Sequence record: SRR20825010_2279
Length of the DNA: 64,000 bases
Strand: one strand, 5' to 3'
The notes below the pieces were generated by a model, which did no database searches, was not told the origin of the DNA, and worked only from the letters and a program-made list of their open reading frames with translations. A program made the position numbers and the translations under genes. Of this stretch, positions 50,237-60,228 are shown one piece after another (position 1 is the first letter of the stretch; each line of letters opens with the position of its first letter).

Positions 50237-50890
50237 CTAAAGTTTAACCCCAAAAGCCAAATCCCCTGCATCTCCTATACCCGGAACAATATAGCCTTTG
50301 CTATTTAATTGGGTATCAATGGCGGCTATCCACAAATGGGTATTCTTTGGAAAAACTGTCTTAATATGGTCTATCCCGGATTGGGAACCAATTACCGATA
50401 AAATATGAATCTGCTTGGGCTTGCCATGGTCCTTAAGGGCATTTAAAACATTCTCCAACGTTTTTCCTGTGGCCAGCATTGGATCCGTAAGAATTAAGGT
50501 TTTATTTTCCAAGGATGGGGCAGCAAAGTATTTCACTATAACTTCAAAAGCGTCCTCATCTCCACGGTGATGCCTATATGCAGAAATAAAAGCATTTTCC
50601 GCATTGTCGAAATAGTTTAACAGGCCCTGATGTAATGGGAGTCCGGCACGTAAAACGGAGCACAGCACCAAATCATCAATAGGCATTGACATTTCTTTGG
50701 TTCCCAAAGGGGTTTCGACCGTTTGGTTCCTATAGTCAAGGGTCTTGCTAAGTTCGTAGCCCAAAATCTCTCCAATACGTTCAATATTGCGCCTAAAGCG
50801 CATGCTATCGCGTTGAATATTGGCATCCCTTATTTCGGCTACAAATTTATTTAACAGTGAATTCCCTTCCCCTAGACTATGTACTATCAT
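50237..50890 (-). CDS. upp: Uracil phosphoribosyltransferase
   Basis: SVLRAG, DPMLATG, YIVPGIGDAGD. Confidence 0.93.
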   Translation of the reverse strand: MIVHSLGEGNSLLNKFVAEIRDANIQRDSMRFRRNIERIGEILGYELSKTLDYRNQTVETPLGTKEMSMPIDDLVLCSVLRAGLPLHQGLLNYFDNAENAFISAYRHHRGDEDAFEVIVKYFAAPSLENKTLILTDPMLATGKTLENVLNALKDHGKPKQIHILSVIGSQSGIDHIKTVFPKNTHLWIAAIDTQLNSKGYIVPGIGDAGDLAFGVKL

Positions 50891-50990
50891 TGTTTATCCA
50901 TTTAGTTTCAAGATACAGAATTCCCGCTACAAACCCTATAAAATCTTCTGTATCCGCTGCAGGTAATTGCCCCTTTTTTCTTTAAAACTA

Positions 50991-53555
50991 TTATCGCTGC
51001 CATAGAATCAGGTTATTCTCCAAGGGCACCGAAATATTTTCATAGCAGGGAACAATCCGGGCCGTATAATGACCGGCCGGTCTACTGGTCCCAATACACC
51101 CATGACACTCGTGATCCAACCCATTCTTAGCAAGTCCTATGATTTCCATTTTTATAATTTCATTTGCCCCCCCATTAAGGCCTTCGGCAAAGAGCTCTAC
51201 GGAAATGGTGTCTGGACTTATGTGGTTCAACCAGACCATTATTTTAAATTGATACCCTCCTGCAATATTTTCGATTTGGGCCTGGACAAAGCGCATTTTC
51301 CACCACTTATTTTGTAGATCAAGCTTGGTCTCAACTATTTTTTTTCCGAGCATTCCTTTTTTGGAAGATCTTTTTTTGTATTTGTTGGCTGCCGGAAGGT
51401 AATATTTCTCTGTATATTCCCGAACGGCTCGGTTTGCCGAAAACTTCGGGGTTAAGGTAGACATACTATTACGCATTTTTGCTACCCAATTTTCGGGTAT
51501 CCCCTCTTTATTTCGATCATAAAATTCCGGTACCACTTTTTGTTCCAACAATTCGTACAATTCATTGGCATCAATAGCGTCCCAGTAGGGATCCTCCCCA
51601 TGTTCATGACCATCGCCCATTGCCCAACCTACTTCCGGAGTATAGGCCTCCGCCCACCAACCGTCCAACTCCGATAAATTGATACCGCCATTGACCAAAA
51701 CCTTCATTCCACTTGTACCACAGGCCTCCCAGGGACGCCTAGGAGTATTTATCCAAACATCGACCCCTTGTACAAGATGCTCTGTTAACAACATATCATA
51801 ATCGCTTAGAAATACTACGTGCTTATATAAGTTATGTTGTTGAATAAATTGTACCCATTGTCTTATCAATGCCTTTCCAGACTCATCATATGGGGGAGAC
51901 TTTCCTGCAAGCACCAATTGCACCGGCCGCTGGGGGTTTGTTAGGATGCGAATAAATCTTTCCGGATCATGTAAAAGTAGGTTTGGCCTTTTATAGGGAA
52001 CGAATCGCCGTGCAAAACCCAAGGTCAAAGTTTCCTTGTTAAAAATATGCTTGGCCATTTCCACAATTTCAGGGGAGTGACCGGCATCCTCGGTCTGTCC
52101 TTGGAACCTTTCCCGGATAAAATTTATCATGTGATGCCTGGAATCGTTCCTGAACTGCCATAAAGCAACATCGGACAAGCAGTAAATGTCTTGCTCAACA
52201 GATTCCAAACGACCTCTCCAGCGTTCCTTTCCGCAGGAATGAGTCCAGATCTTATCGGCGAATACCGAATCCCAGCTGGGCATGTGAACTCCGTTGGTAA
52301 CATGTCCTATAGGCACTTCGCTGTTAGGCCACCTTTTAAATAAATTTCCAAAAAGTTTTCGACTTACCTCCCCATGAAGCCTACTTACCCCATTCACCGC
52401 ATTACTACCATGAATGGCCAGAAAGGCCATGTTAAAAAACTGGGATAAATTATGTGGGTCCTCCCTACCCAATGCCAAAAGATCATTAAAATCTAAATGT
52501 AATTCCTCTTTGGCATAATTGGCAAAAAACTGCCACATTAAGGACGGACTAAAATTATCAAATCCGGCCGCCACGGCAGTATGGGTGGTAAACAAATTTC
52601 CTGCACGGGTAACTGTCAAGGCCTCCTGAAAGGTAACACCATTCTCCCGCATAAAATTGGCCGCCCTTTCCAGTACAAGAAAGGCAGAGTGACCTTCGTT
52701 CATATGGCACACTTCCGGTGCAATATTCATGGCTCGGAGCAATCTCCATCCCCCTATACCTAGAATAATTTCTTGCTGAATACGAAGATCCGCCCCGCCA
52801 CCATATGCTGCACTGGTAATTCCCCTGTGAAGCGGCATATTAACCGGATCATTACTATCCAACAGGTAAAGTTTCACGCGGCCCACCTGTACCTGCCATG
52901 TGCGCAACCAAACCGTGTGCCCGGATAAGGATATATTGATCCGCAACCATTCCCCATTGGGCAACCTGAGTGGTGAAATAGGCAATTGCCCGGGATCATT
53001 GTACGGAAAAAGCGCCTGTTGGGTACCAAATTGATCTATCAACTGTCTAAAATATCCCTGTTGGTAAAGTAACCCCACGCCAATAACGGGAATCCCTAAA
53101 TCACTGGCCGATTTTAATTGATCCCCAGCAACATTACCCAAGCCCCCTACATAGATAGGCAGTGCCTCGCTAAGCATAAACTCCATACTGAAATAGGCAA
53201 TGCAGGTAAGGGGCGATGATGGATGGCTCCTTTGGAACCAAGCAGGATCGGTACTGGATTTTTCTTTCTGTGTCATCATTTCATCCAACCTTTCCCTAAA
53301 AACCTTGTCGGCCATTTGCTTTATCAGTTGGTCCCTTGATACGTTCTGCAAAACTACCCACGGATTATGTGTCTCCATCCATAGTTCGGGATCTAACTGG
53401 TACCAGATTTCATCTACGGCATGGTTCCAAGACCAGCGCAAATCAAGTGCCAACTCCCCAAGCTTGTCCACACCATCAATATCAGTTGGAATAAAACCAT
53501 AAACTTGGTTGTTTACAAGAGGTTGTCCCGAACTATTTTTTTCTTTTCCTGCCAC
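50991..53555 (-). CDS. glgP: Alpha-glucan (glycogen) phosphorylase, GT35
   Basis: YFSMEF...GGLG, HMNEGH, FARRFVPYKRP, EACGTSGMK PLP-lysine motif; GTG start uncertain. Confidence 0.93.
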   Translation of the reverse strand: MAGKEKNSSGQPLVNNQVYGFIPTDIDGVDKLGELALDLRWSWNHAVDEIWYQLDPELWMETHNPWVVLQNVSRDQLIKQMADKVFRERLDEMMTQKEKSSTDPAWFQRSHPSSPLTCIAYFSMEFMLSEALPIYVGGLGNVAGDQLKSASDLGIPVIGVGLLYQQGYFRQLIDQFGTQQALFPYNDPGQLPISPLRLPNGEWLRINISLSGHTVWLRTWQVQVGRVKLYLLDSNDPVNMPLHRGITSAAYGGGADLRIQQEIILGIGGWRLLRAMNIAPEVCHMNEGHSAFLVLERAANFMRENGVTFQEALTVTRAGNLFTTHTAVAAGFDNFSPSLMWQFFANYAKEELHLDFNDLLALGREDPHNLSQFFNMAFLAIHGSNAVNGVSRLHGEVSRKLFGNLFKRWPNSEVPIGHVTNGVHMPSWDSVFADKIWTHSCGKERWRGRLESVEQDIYCLSDVALWQFRNDSRHHMINFIRERFQGQTEDAGHSPEIVEMAKHIFNKETLTLGFARRFVPYKRPNLLLHDPERFIRILTNPQRPVQLVLAGKSPPYDESGKALIRQWVQFIQQHNLYKHVVFLSDYDMLLTEHLVQGVDVWINTPRRPWEACGTSGMKVLVNGGINLSELDGWWAEAYTPEVGWAMGDGHEHGEDPYWDAIDANELYELLEQKVVPEFYDRNKEGIPENWVAKMRNSMSTLTPKFSANRAVREYTEKYYLPAANKYKKRSSKKGMLGKKIVETKLDLQNKWWKMRFVQAQIENIAGGYQFKIMVWLNHISPDTISVELFAEGLNGGANEIIKMEIIGLAKNGLDHECHGCIGTSRPAGHYTARIVPCYENISVPLENNLILWQR

Positions 53556-53730
53556 GTGTTAGTTTTTAATACCATTAAATAATGGGAAGTTGTATATCTT
53601 AAGAACAAAGGTTTTTAATTGGCAATTGTAGCATATACTTCAGGTAGGAAGTCTTCCATAGAATTATAATAAAGTTGCTTCAATGATTATGACCTTCCAG
53701 AACATATCCAGTACTTAAAATCATAAATCC

Positions 53731-54819
53731 CTAACTGGAGGATACGGTTCTCAACAATATAAATTCACTAATATTTACCATATCTATAGCCCCGATCAAT
53801 TTTTCATTACTTGTTACTGGAAAAAAACTCTTTTTTTCCTTAGCTACAAGTTCCAATACCTTGGTGATTTCTGTAGATTCATCAATCACAATGAAGTTCT
53901 TATCCATAATATCCTTGACTAAAATAGAAGGATTCTTAGCATGTTTAATAACATCATTTTGGGTAACTATTCCTTTTATTTCCCTATCCAGCGCTACTAC
54001 AAAATCCTTTTCAGTACTGGCCAAAAGGATATCTATAACCTCTTGTACATTATTATCCGGACGTAGTACCGTTATATTGGTCAAGGTGGCCTCCTTTACC
54101 AGATGCCCCTTTAAAAGGAAGTTTTGCCTAACCATTTTATTCTCGCCATACGCCCCGAAAAAAATAAAAAAGGCAATCAGGATTAGAAAGGGATTTACGA
54201 AAAAACCGAGGATAAAAAATACTACGGCCAAGGACTGCCCAATACTGGCCGCAATGTTGGTTGCCTGCACACGGCTCAATCTAAATGCCAACAAGGCCCT
54301 TAGCACCCGCCCGCCATCCATAGGAAATGCCGGAATAAGATTAAACACTACCAACATTATATTGGCTATAAAAAGATAAAAAAGAAAATTCTGTAGGTTT
54401 GGGGCATAAAGCATCTCTTCTACCATTATATTATCAAAATTAAAATAGCTTTTGATAGGTATTATTAGAGACAATAAAATAGCGATAACAACATTAACTG
54501 CCGGACCGGCCAAAGCTACCAATAGTTCCTGCCCAGGTTTTTCCGGCATTTTATCCAAAGTGGCCACACCCCCAATGGGTAGAAGTATAATTCTTTGGGT
54601 CTTGATGCCAAATTTTCTAGCGGTAAGGGCATGACCCAATTCGTGCAATACCACACAGGCCATCAATACCAAAATAAATCCTTGGTTAACGGCTACCCTT
54701 TCGAAGTTTCCGCTATTCTGAAACTCAATAAAACCGGCCCAAATCAATAATAGTGCAAAAGTCCAATGGACCTCCAATTGAATACCGGCAATCTTTCCCA
54801 ACCTTAAAAAACCCTTCAT
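53731..54819 (-). CDS. Site-2 (M50) zinc metalloprotease with C-terminal CBS pair (Rip3-like)
   Basis: HELGH, AGP, NLIPAFPMDGGR, C-terminal CBS repeats; start moved to 54819. Confidence 0.92.
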   Translation of the reverse strand: MKGFLRLGKIAGIQLEVHWTFALLLIWAGFIEFQNSGNFERVAVNQGFILVLMACVVLHELGHALTARKFGIKTQRIILLPIGGVATLDKMPEKPGQELLVALAGPAVNVVIAILLSLIIPIKSYFNFDNIMVEEMLYAPNLQNFLFYLFIANIMLVVFNLIPAFPMDGGRVLRALLAFRLSRVQATNIAASIGQSLAVVFFILGFFVNPFLILIAFFIFFGAYGENKMVRQNFLLKGHLVKEATLTNITVLRPDNNVQEVIDILLASTEKDFVVALDREIKGIVTQNDVIKHAKNPSILVKDIMDKNFIVIDESTEITKVLELVAKEKKSFFPVTSNEKLIGAIDMVNISEFILLRTVSSS

Positions 54820-54864
54820 AAGTAATATTTTGCTGAAGATATTTCCACAGCACGACATTGACAA

Positions 54865-54876
54865 TGACAAATGTCA
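54865..54876. promoter_or_regulatory. Palindrome TGAC-AAAT-GTCA
   Basis: Minus TATCTTCA at 54841-54834, 23 bp away. Confidence 0.8.
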
Positions 54877-55050
54877 TAAGTGGTAAAATTGCCTATAGGG
54901 ATACTCTGGGACAGGGTGCTTAAATTATTTAAAATTGAAGATTACAGTTTAGCGTAAGACGAACAGGATAACGAATCATTTTAAGGCAATAATAAATCAT
55001 GTTGCCCCTCTACGGAAGAAAAAGTATCCCACACTATCAATTATAGAGAA

Positions 55051-55566
55051 TCAGCCTATTTTTAAATTGCGAATCCGGGCATTTATCGAAGCTATTTCCT
55101 CCTTTTGCAATTTTCCAATAAGAGTCCTAAAATCCTTTTCCAATCCCGGATCCTGATCTTTAATTTCACATAGGGCCTGTAAAGCGTTTACCCTTACAAT
55201 TCTACTTTCAGCAGGGTTGCCCGCCCACTCCTTAAGTTTGGCCAAGACTATTTCCAGCTCTAGGTCATTTAGGGGCAGTCTTGATACCAACAAGGAAAGG
55301 TGCCATTTCAATTCCTTGTCCTTGGCACTTTGGAGCAATGCCAATAAGTCTCCTTTATGACCGGCAAGATATTCTGGATGCCCAATAGTAATTTTTTCCA
55401 CGGCATCTGCAGCCCTCATAACTATTGGTCTATCCTTGGAGTACATATAACGGAATAAAATATCGAAGTCCTTCTGGTCCCTTATTAAAGGTAGAAGAAA
55501 CTTTACACCTCCTATGGTCCGTAGATCTCCACCCTCCAAATATTTTCTCATTTCTCCTTTATCCAT
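55051..55566 (-). CDS. Hypothetical alpha-helical (HEAT/ARM-like) protein
   Basis: MRAADAVEK...SRIVRVNALQAL repeat-like helices; last gene of a three-gene operon. Confidence 0.55.
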   Translation of the reverse strand: MDKGEMRKYLEGGDLRTIGGVKFLLPLIRDQKDFDILFRYMYSKDRPIVMRAADAVEKITIGHPEYLAGHKGDLLALLQSAKDKELKWHLSLLVSRLPLNDLELEIVLAKLKEWAGNPAESRIVRVNALQALCEIKDQDPGLEKDFRTLIGKLQKEEIASINARIRNLKIG

Positions 55567-55569
55567 GTC

Positions 55570-56331
55570 TTATGAACTTAGCATGCCTCCATCTACCACA
55601 TTGGTAGTTCCTGTTATATACTTACTTTCCTCCGAGGCCAGGAAAAGGGCCATTGCTGCAATCTCACTAGATTCTGCATAGCGCGCTAAAGGTACGGCAG
55701 CCTCAAAGCCCTTCATTACCTCATCAGGACTGCCGGGCGACATATCCACTTCAATACGCCGCATCATATTATTATTGACGGGACCTGGATGAATGGTATT
55801 CACGCGTATTTTACGTTTGGCATTTTCTTGGGCCGCAACCCTCATTATACCAACTACTGCATGTTTACTGGCCACATAAGCTCCCAATCCGGAAAAGCCC
55901 TTTAAACCTGCCACAGAAGACGTTATTATAACGCTTCCTCCATCCTGCATTTTCGGAATTACATGCTTGCACCCAAGCCATACTCCCTTTAAGTTTACCC
56001 CGATTACCTTATCGAAAACCTCGTCCGGATATTCCACAATTGGTTTGGAAGTACCTTCAATTCCGGCATTGGCGAAAAATATATCGATCTTTCCATGAAC
56101 CTCTAAGGTTGTTTCTACAAATTTTTCGGTGTCTATGGCTTTTGAAACATCGGCAACACAAATAGAGAGATTCTCATGATCTATGGCCAGGATTGCTTTT
56201 TCCAAAACCTCTCTATCAATATCCACGATAACCACCTTGGCACCTTCCTTTAAAAAGAGTTTGGCCGTAGCCAATCCTATTCCTCCCGCACCGCCTGTAA
56301 TAACGGCTACTTTATCCTTTAATCGCCCCAT
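55570..56331 (-). CDS. Short-chain dehydrogenase/reductase
   Basis: TGGAGGIG, NAG, YVASK; start MGRLKDK at 56331. Confidence 0.92.
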   Translation of the reverse strand: MGRLKDKVAVITGGAGGIGLATAKLFLKEGAKVVIVDIDREVLEKAILAIDHENLSICVADVSKAIDTEKFVETTLEVHGKIDIFFANAGIEGTSKPIVEYPDEVFDKVIGVNLKGVWLGCKHVIPKMQDGGSVIITSSVAGLKGFSGLGAYVASKHAVVGIMRVAAQENAKRKIRVNTIHPGPVNNNMMRRIEVDMSPGSPDEVMKGFEAAVPLARYAESSEIAAMALFLASEESKYITGTTNVVDGGMLSS

Positions 56332-56333
56332 TT

Positions 56334-56972
56334 TTAATTGTTTAAAGTTATCTTTCTTACTTCCCAACCTTGATCTTGAGTATATACCGCAACAAGACCA
56401 GCAGATAATTGTTTTACCCCCATTGCAGGCATCTGGTACCTTCTTTTGGTCATTTGGATATTGTACCTTCTATTGAAGAACTCTATAATCTCCCCTGAAG
56501 TGTCCAACATAACATCGTGAAACTTAAATTCATAAATATCTAGATTGAACTCGTTTTTTCCCTTCATGGATTTCTCAAAAAGGACCGCCGTGGTAAAACC
56601 ATCCTTAAAAGGGTAAACATTTAATAGTTGGGGTTCAAGTACTACATTACCCTTGGTATCTATAAACCCATAAACGGGAACACCATCCTCCACAATTTTA
56701 GTAATTAGGCACCGTCCTTCATTGAACATAGGGTATTGAACACCGGAAATATCCTTTTTTGAGGTATCGGCATCCTTGTTCCAATAAATATCGGTGCGAA
56801 AATCAATGACCATTGTACCCTCTTCATTAATAAATCCCCATTGATTTCCTTGTCTAACGGCCGCCAATCCTTCGCTAAACGGAGCTATCTCATCAATGTT
56901 CTTAACGGTTTGGGAATGGAATACATTTGGAAGCATAAGCATTATGAATGCCGTAATAATAAATTTTTTCAT
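56334..56972 (-). CDS. Secreted WG-repeat protein
   Basis: Signal peptide; FSEGLAAVRQGNQWGFINEEG and YGFIDTKG repeats. Confidence 0.85.
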   Translation of the reverse strand: MKKFIITAFIMLMLPNVFHSQTVKNIDEIAPFSEGLAAVRQGNQWGFINEEGTMVIDFRTDIYWNKDADTSKKDISGVQYPMFNEGRCLITKIVEDGVPVYGFIDTKGNVVLEPQLLNVYPFKDGFTTAVLFEKSMKGKNEFNLDIYEFKFHDVMLDTSGEIIEFFNRRYNIQMTKRRYQMPAMGVKQLSAGLVAVYTQDQGWEVRKITLNN

Positions 56973-57024
56973 GACTTTGAATTTTAGTTTCTTCTAAAAT
57001 AGTGCATCGCAATCCAGTACAAAA

Positions 57025-57036
57025 TGACCAATGTCA
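57025..57036. promoter_or_regulatory. Palindrome TGAC-CAAT-GTCA for the WG-SDR operon
   Basis: Minus TATTTTAG at 57001-56994, 23 bp away. Confidence 0.82.
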
Positions 57037-57164
57037 TTAGTGTACAAATATAAAAGCCCAAGCTCGGCCTTTCATCCATGTTATTGATTTGGAAGAGTAT
57101 ATAAAATATTAGCCCTACCAAATTTCAGGGCTCCGAAAAGTGTCTTTAATTAAAACTGATATAG

Positions 57165-57176
57165 TGACCAATATCA
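57165..57176. promoter_or_regulatory. Palindrome TGAC-CAAT-ATCA for usp
   Basis: TATTTTTG at 57200, 23-bp spacer. Confidence 0.85.
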
Positions 57177-57354
57177 TTTTAAATAGTCCGGCTGCTTTAT
57201 ATTTTTGTTTAAGAATATTTTGGCATTCTAAAGAGACCTTGGCCCAATGCAACCAGAATTGACAATTTTGCAAGGGGACTATCTCACCACTTTAGGGAAT
57301 TGAAACGGCTGCCAAAGGTGGAACAAAGATGATTACAACCCAAAAAAACATACA

Positions 57355-58179
57355 ATGAAACATATATTGGTACCTGTTGATTTTTCCGAGCACTCGGCCT
57401 ATGCACTGGAAGCCGCTGCTGGTATAGCAAAACAGCAGAACGCAGATATTACCATAATACATATGCTGGGAATTTCCGAAGCAGTAATAGCCGAAGAGGA
57501 ATTATTGGAGTACGAAGAAGCCAAATACTTTATGGGGCTTGCAAAGAAAAAATTTAAGCCCTTTCTGGACAAACCTTATTTAAAGGGTATCACTATTCAT
57601 AAAATAGTGCAGAATTATAAGGTATTCAGTGAGCTCAACAATGTTGCCAAGGAACAAAATATAGATTTGATCGTAATGGGATCACATGGTAGTACCGGTT
57701 TCAACGAGATTTTTATTGGCTCCAATACCGAAAAGGTGGTACGTAATTCAGATGTCCCGGTTTTGGTTATAAAGGAGCAAAAATCAAACTTCACCATAAA
57801 GAATATCCTTTTCGCCTGTAGTTTTTCGGAGGACATGGTTATGGCCTATAAAAATGTTAAGCTTATGGCTCAAAAATTTTCGGCCAAATTAAAATTGGTA
57901 TACATTAATACTCCATATCAGGATTTTTTGAGTTCACAGGAAGCTGACGATCGCATGGCCAAATTCATGTCCAAGGCCGGGGATACCCAAGCTAAAGTTG
58001 AAATTTATAATGACCGTAGTGTGGAAAATGGGATACTTAATTTTAGTAAGACCGAAAAATTTGACCTTCTCGCACTTCCAACACATGGAAGAAAAGGCCT
58101 TTCTCATTTCTTATTGGGCAGTATTGGTGAAGATATCGCCAACCACGCAAGATTGCCGGTAATGACATTTAAGATCTGA
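57355..58179 (+). CDS. Universal stress protein
   Basis: ILVPVDFS, MGSHGSTGFNEIFIGSNTEKVVR, THGRKG...LGSI. Confidence 0.93.
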   Translation: MKHILVPVDFSEHSAYALEAAAGIAKQQNADITIIHMLGISEAVIAEEELLEYEEAKYFMGLAKKKFKPFLDKPYLKGITIHKIVQNYKVFSELNNVAKEQNIDLIVMGSHGSTGFNEIFIGSNTEKVVRNSDVPVLVIKEQKSNFTIKNILFACSFSEDMVMAYKNVKLMAQKFSAKLKLVYINTPYQDFLSSQEADDRMAKFMSKAGDTQAKVEIYNDRSVENGILNFSKTEKFDLLALPTHGRKGLSHFLLGSIGEDIANHARLPVMTFKI

Positions 58180-58212
58180 TCAATGATCGGAGTCCCAAAT
58201 AATACTAAAGGT

Positions 58213-58617
58213 TTATTCTTTTAGCAAAAGTTCCAATTTGCCCAGCATTACCAATTCTGCTTTATTTTTTCCTGAAAAACTATTGGAAATGGCGTTTGCG
58301 GTATCCAAAATAAGTACCTTGATAAACTTACTGAACATATTGCTATTATCTTTATAGAACTCCTTAAACTCATCGAAGCAAACTTCACTATCCTTATCTT
58401 TGTCCATGGCCCAATCGAATACCGATTCGATTTGAAAAGCGGCATCTGTTCCAAATTCATCTTCCAGCTCATCAACCTCCAACCAATATTTTCTAATAAA
58501 GGACCTTAACTTACTTACTTCCTTGGCATGTACGCGGGAATCTGCCATGGCAATGGCGTAGAATAATTTTCCCAGGTTTTCATACAGTTCCTTACCTATT
58601 TTCTTTGTATTTTCCAT
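58213..58617 (-). CDS. TerB-like protein
   Basis: LFYAIAMADSRVHAKE resembles the TerB AD-x-x-V-x-x-x-E motif. Confidence 0.55.
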   Translation of the reverse strand: MENTKKIGKELYENLGKLFYAIAMADSRVHAKEVSKLRSFIRKYWLEVDELEDEFGTDAAFQIESVFDWAMDKDKDSEVCFDEFKEFYKDNSNMFSKFIKVLILDTANAISNSFSGKNKAELVMLGKLELLLKE

Positions 58618-58673
58618 GTTTAGATTGTTATAGACAATGAGCTAAAATTAGCAAATAGCCCAAGTATTATATA

Positions 58674-58685
58674 TGACAATAATCA
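58674..58685. promoter_or_regulatory. Palindrome TGAC-AATA-ATCA between the terB-like gene and the heme-PAS kinase
   Basis: Minus TAATTTTA at 58650-58643 (23 bp); plus TATCTTTG at 58698-58705 (12 bp). Confidence 0.8.
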
Positions 58686-58709
58686 GTTTAAAAATTTTAT
58701 CTTTGGCTT

Positions 58710-60221
58710 ATGCAGGCCTTTCAAAAAAACAGTGAAATATTCAACCTTCTTTCGGAAGGGGTATCCGAAGGAATTATAGTTGTCAATACCCAACAGCTTA
58801 TAGTAGCCACCAATTCCTCGGCCGGGAGAATGTTTGGTTACAGTAAGGGAGAGCTCCTTGGAAAACCCCTGGACACCCTAATACCTAGAAGGTACCACGG
58901 GCATCACGGTCACCATGTGGAGGACTTTATTGATAAAAGTGAACGTCGGCAAATGGGCCGGGGCAGGGATTTACATGGGGTAAGAAAAAACGGGGAGGAA
59001 TTTCCTGTTGAGGCGGGTCTAAATCCGTTTAAGCTTTATGACGAAACCTATGTCATGGCCCTAGTAATTGATATTACCGAACGTAAGGTCAAAGAAAAAG
59101 AACTCAGCCATTGGGCAAGGATATTTGATGAATCCCTCAATGAAATCTATGTTTTCGACGCCATCTCAAAATATTTTGTGAACGTAAACAAAGAGGCCCA
59201 GCGAAATATGGGCTATAACCTGGAAGAATTTAAGACATTGAAGCCATTGGACATTAAGCCCCATATGGACTCCCCACAATTCCAATTGCTAATAGAACCC
59301 TTGCTTAACGGCTCAAGGGACAAGGTAAAGTTTGAAACCGACCATCAAAGAAAGGACGGGTCTATCTATCCCGTAGAAGTACATTTGCAACTATCTACAT
59401 TTGGTGAAAAAGATGTTATTGTAGCTATAATACTTGATATTACAGAGAGAAGGAATTATACCGAAAAGCTGGAAAAAAAGGTCCAAGAGCGTACCAAACA
59501 ACTTACGGAAGCTTTGGTCAAGGAGAAGGAATTGAACGAGCTAAAAACACGCTTCCTTTCCTTGGTTTCCCATGAATTTAAGACCCCTTTGAGCAGTATA
59601 CTTACCTCTATTACCTTATTGTCCAAGTATACCGAAAGTCACCAACAGGAAAAGAGGGATAAGCACGTTGAAACCATAAAGAACAAAGTACGCTATCTGG
59701 ATACTATTTTGACCGATTTTCTTTCGGTGGAGCGTTTGGATTCTGGAAAGGTAAATTACAAGTTAGAAACTTTCCCTTTAAGCAAAATTGTAAACGAGGT
59801 AGTCTATGGTGCCAACATGCTCCTTAAGGCGGGCCAAACCATTAAATATCCGGAGAATATCGATGATATTTTCATCAGATTTGACGAAAAAACCTTGGAA
59901 CTGGCCTTGTCCAACCTAATACATAATGCCATTAAATATTCCCCAGAAGATACAACTATAAGTCTAGCGGTGAGCAATGGTAAGGACACCGTACTAATAA
60001 ATGTGATCGATCGTGGAATTGGCATACCTGCACAGGACCAAAAACATATTTTTAATCGTTATTTTAGGGCAGAAAATGCATTGTTGAACCAAGGTACGGG
60101 TATTGGACTTAACATTGCGAAACAGCATTTGGAAAATCTTGGCGCCACTATTGAATTTACCAGTGAAGAAAACAAAGGATCTATATTTACTATAGTTATC
60201 CCGTTAGAAAACATAAATTGA
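58710..60221 (+). CDS. PAS-PAS sensor histidine kinase with FixL-like heme-PAS domain
   Basis: LIPRRYHGHH...MGRGR...RKNGEEFPVE; VSHEFKTPL H-box; NAIKY, DRGIGIP, GTGIGL. Confidence 0.9.
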   Translation: MQAFQKNSEIFNLLSEGVSEGIIVVNTQQLIVATNSSAGRMFGYSKGELLGKPLDTLIPRRYHGHHGHHVEDFIDKSERRQMGRGRDLHGVRKNGEEFPVEAGLNPFKLYDETYVMALVIDITERKVKEKELSHWARIFDESLNEIYVFDAISKYFVNVNKEAQRNMGYNLEEFKTLKPLDIKPHMDSPQFQLLIEPLLNGSRDKVKFETDHQRKDGSIYPVEVHLQLSTFGEKDVIVAIILDITERRNYTEKLEKKVQERTKQLTEALVKEKELNELKTRFLSLVSHEFKTPLSSILTSITLLSKYTESHQQEKRDKHVETIKNKVRYLDTILTDFLSVERLDSGKVNYKLETFPLSKIVNEVVYGANMLLKAGQTIKYPENIDDIFIRFDEKTLELALSNLIHNAIKYSPEDTTISLAVSNGKDTVLINVIDRGIGIPAQDQKHIFNRYFRAENALLNQGTGIGLNIAKQHLENLGATIEFTSEENKGSIFTIVIPLENIN

Positions 60222-60228
60222 AAGAGCA

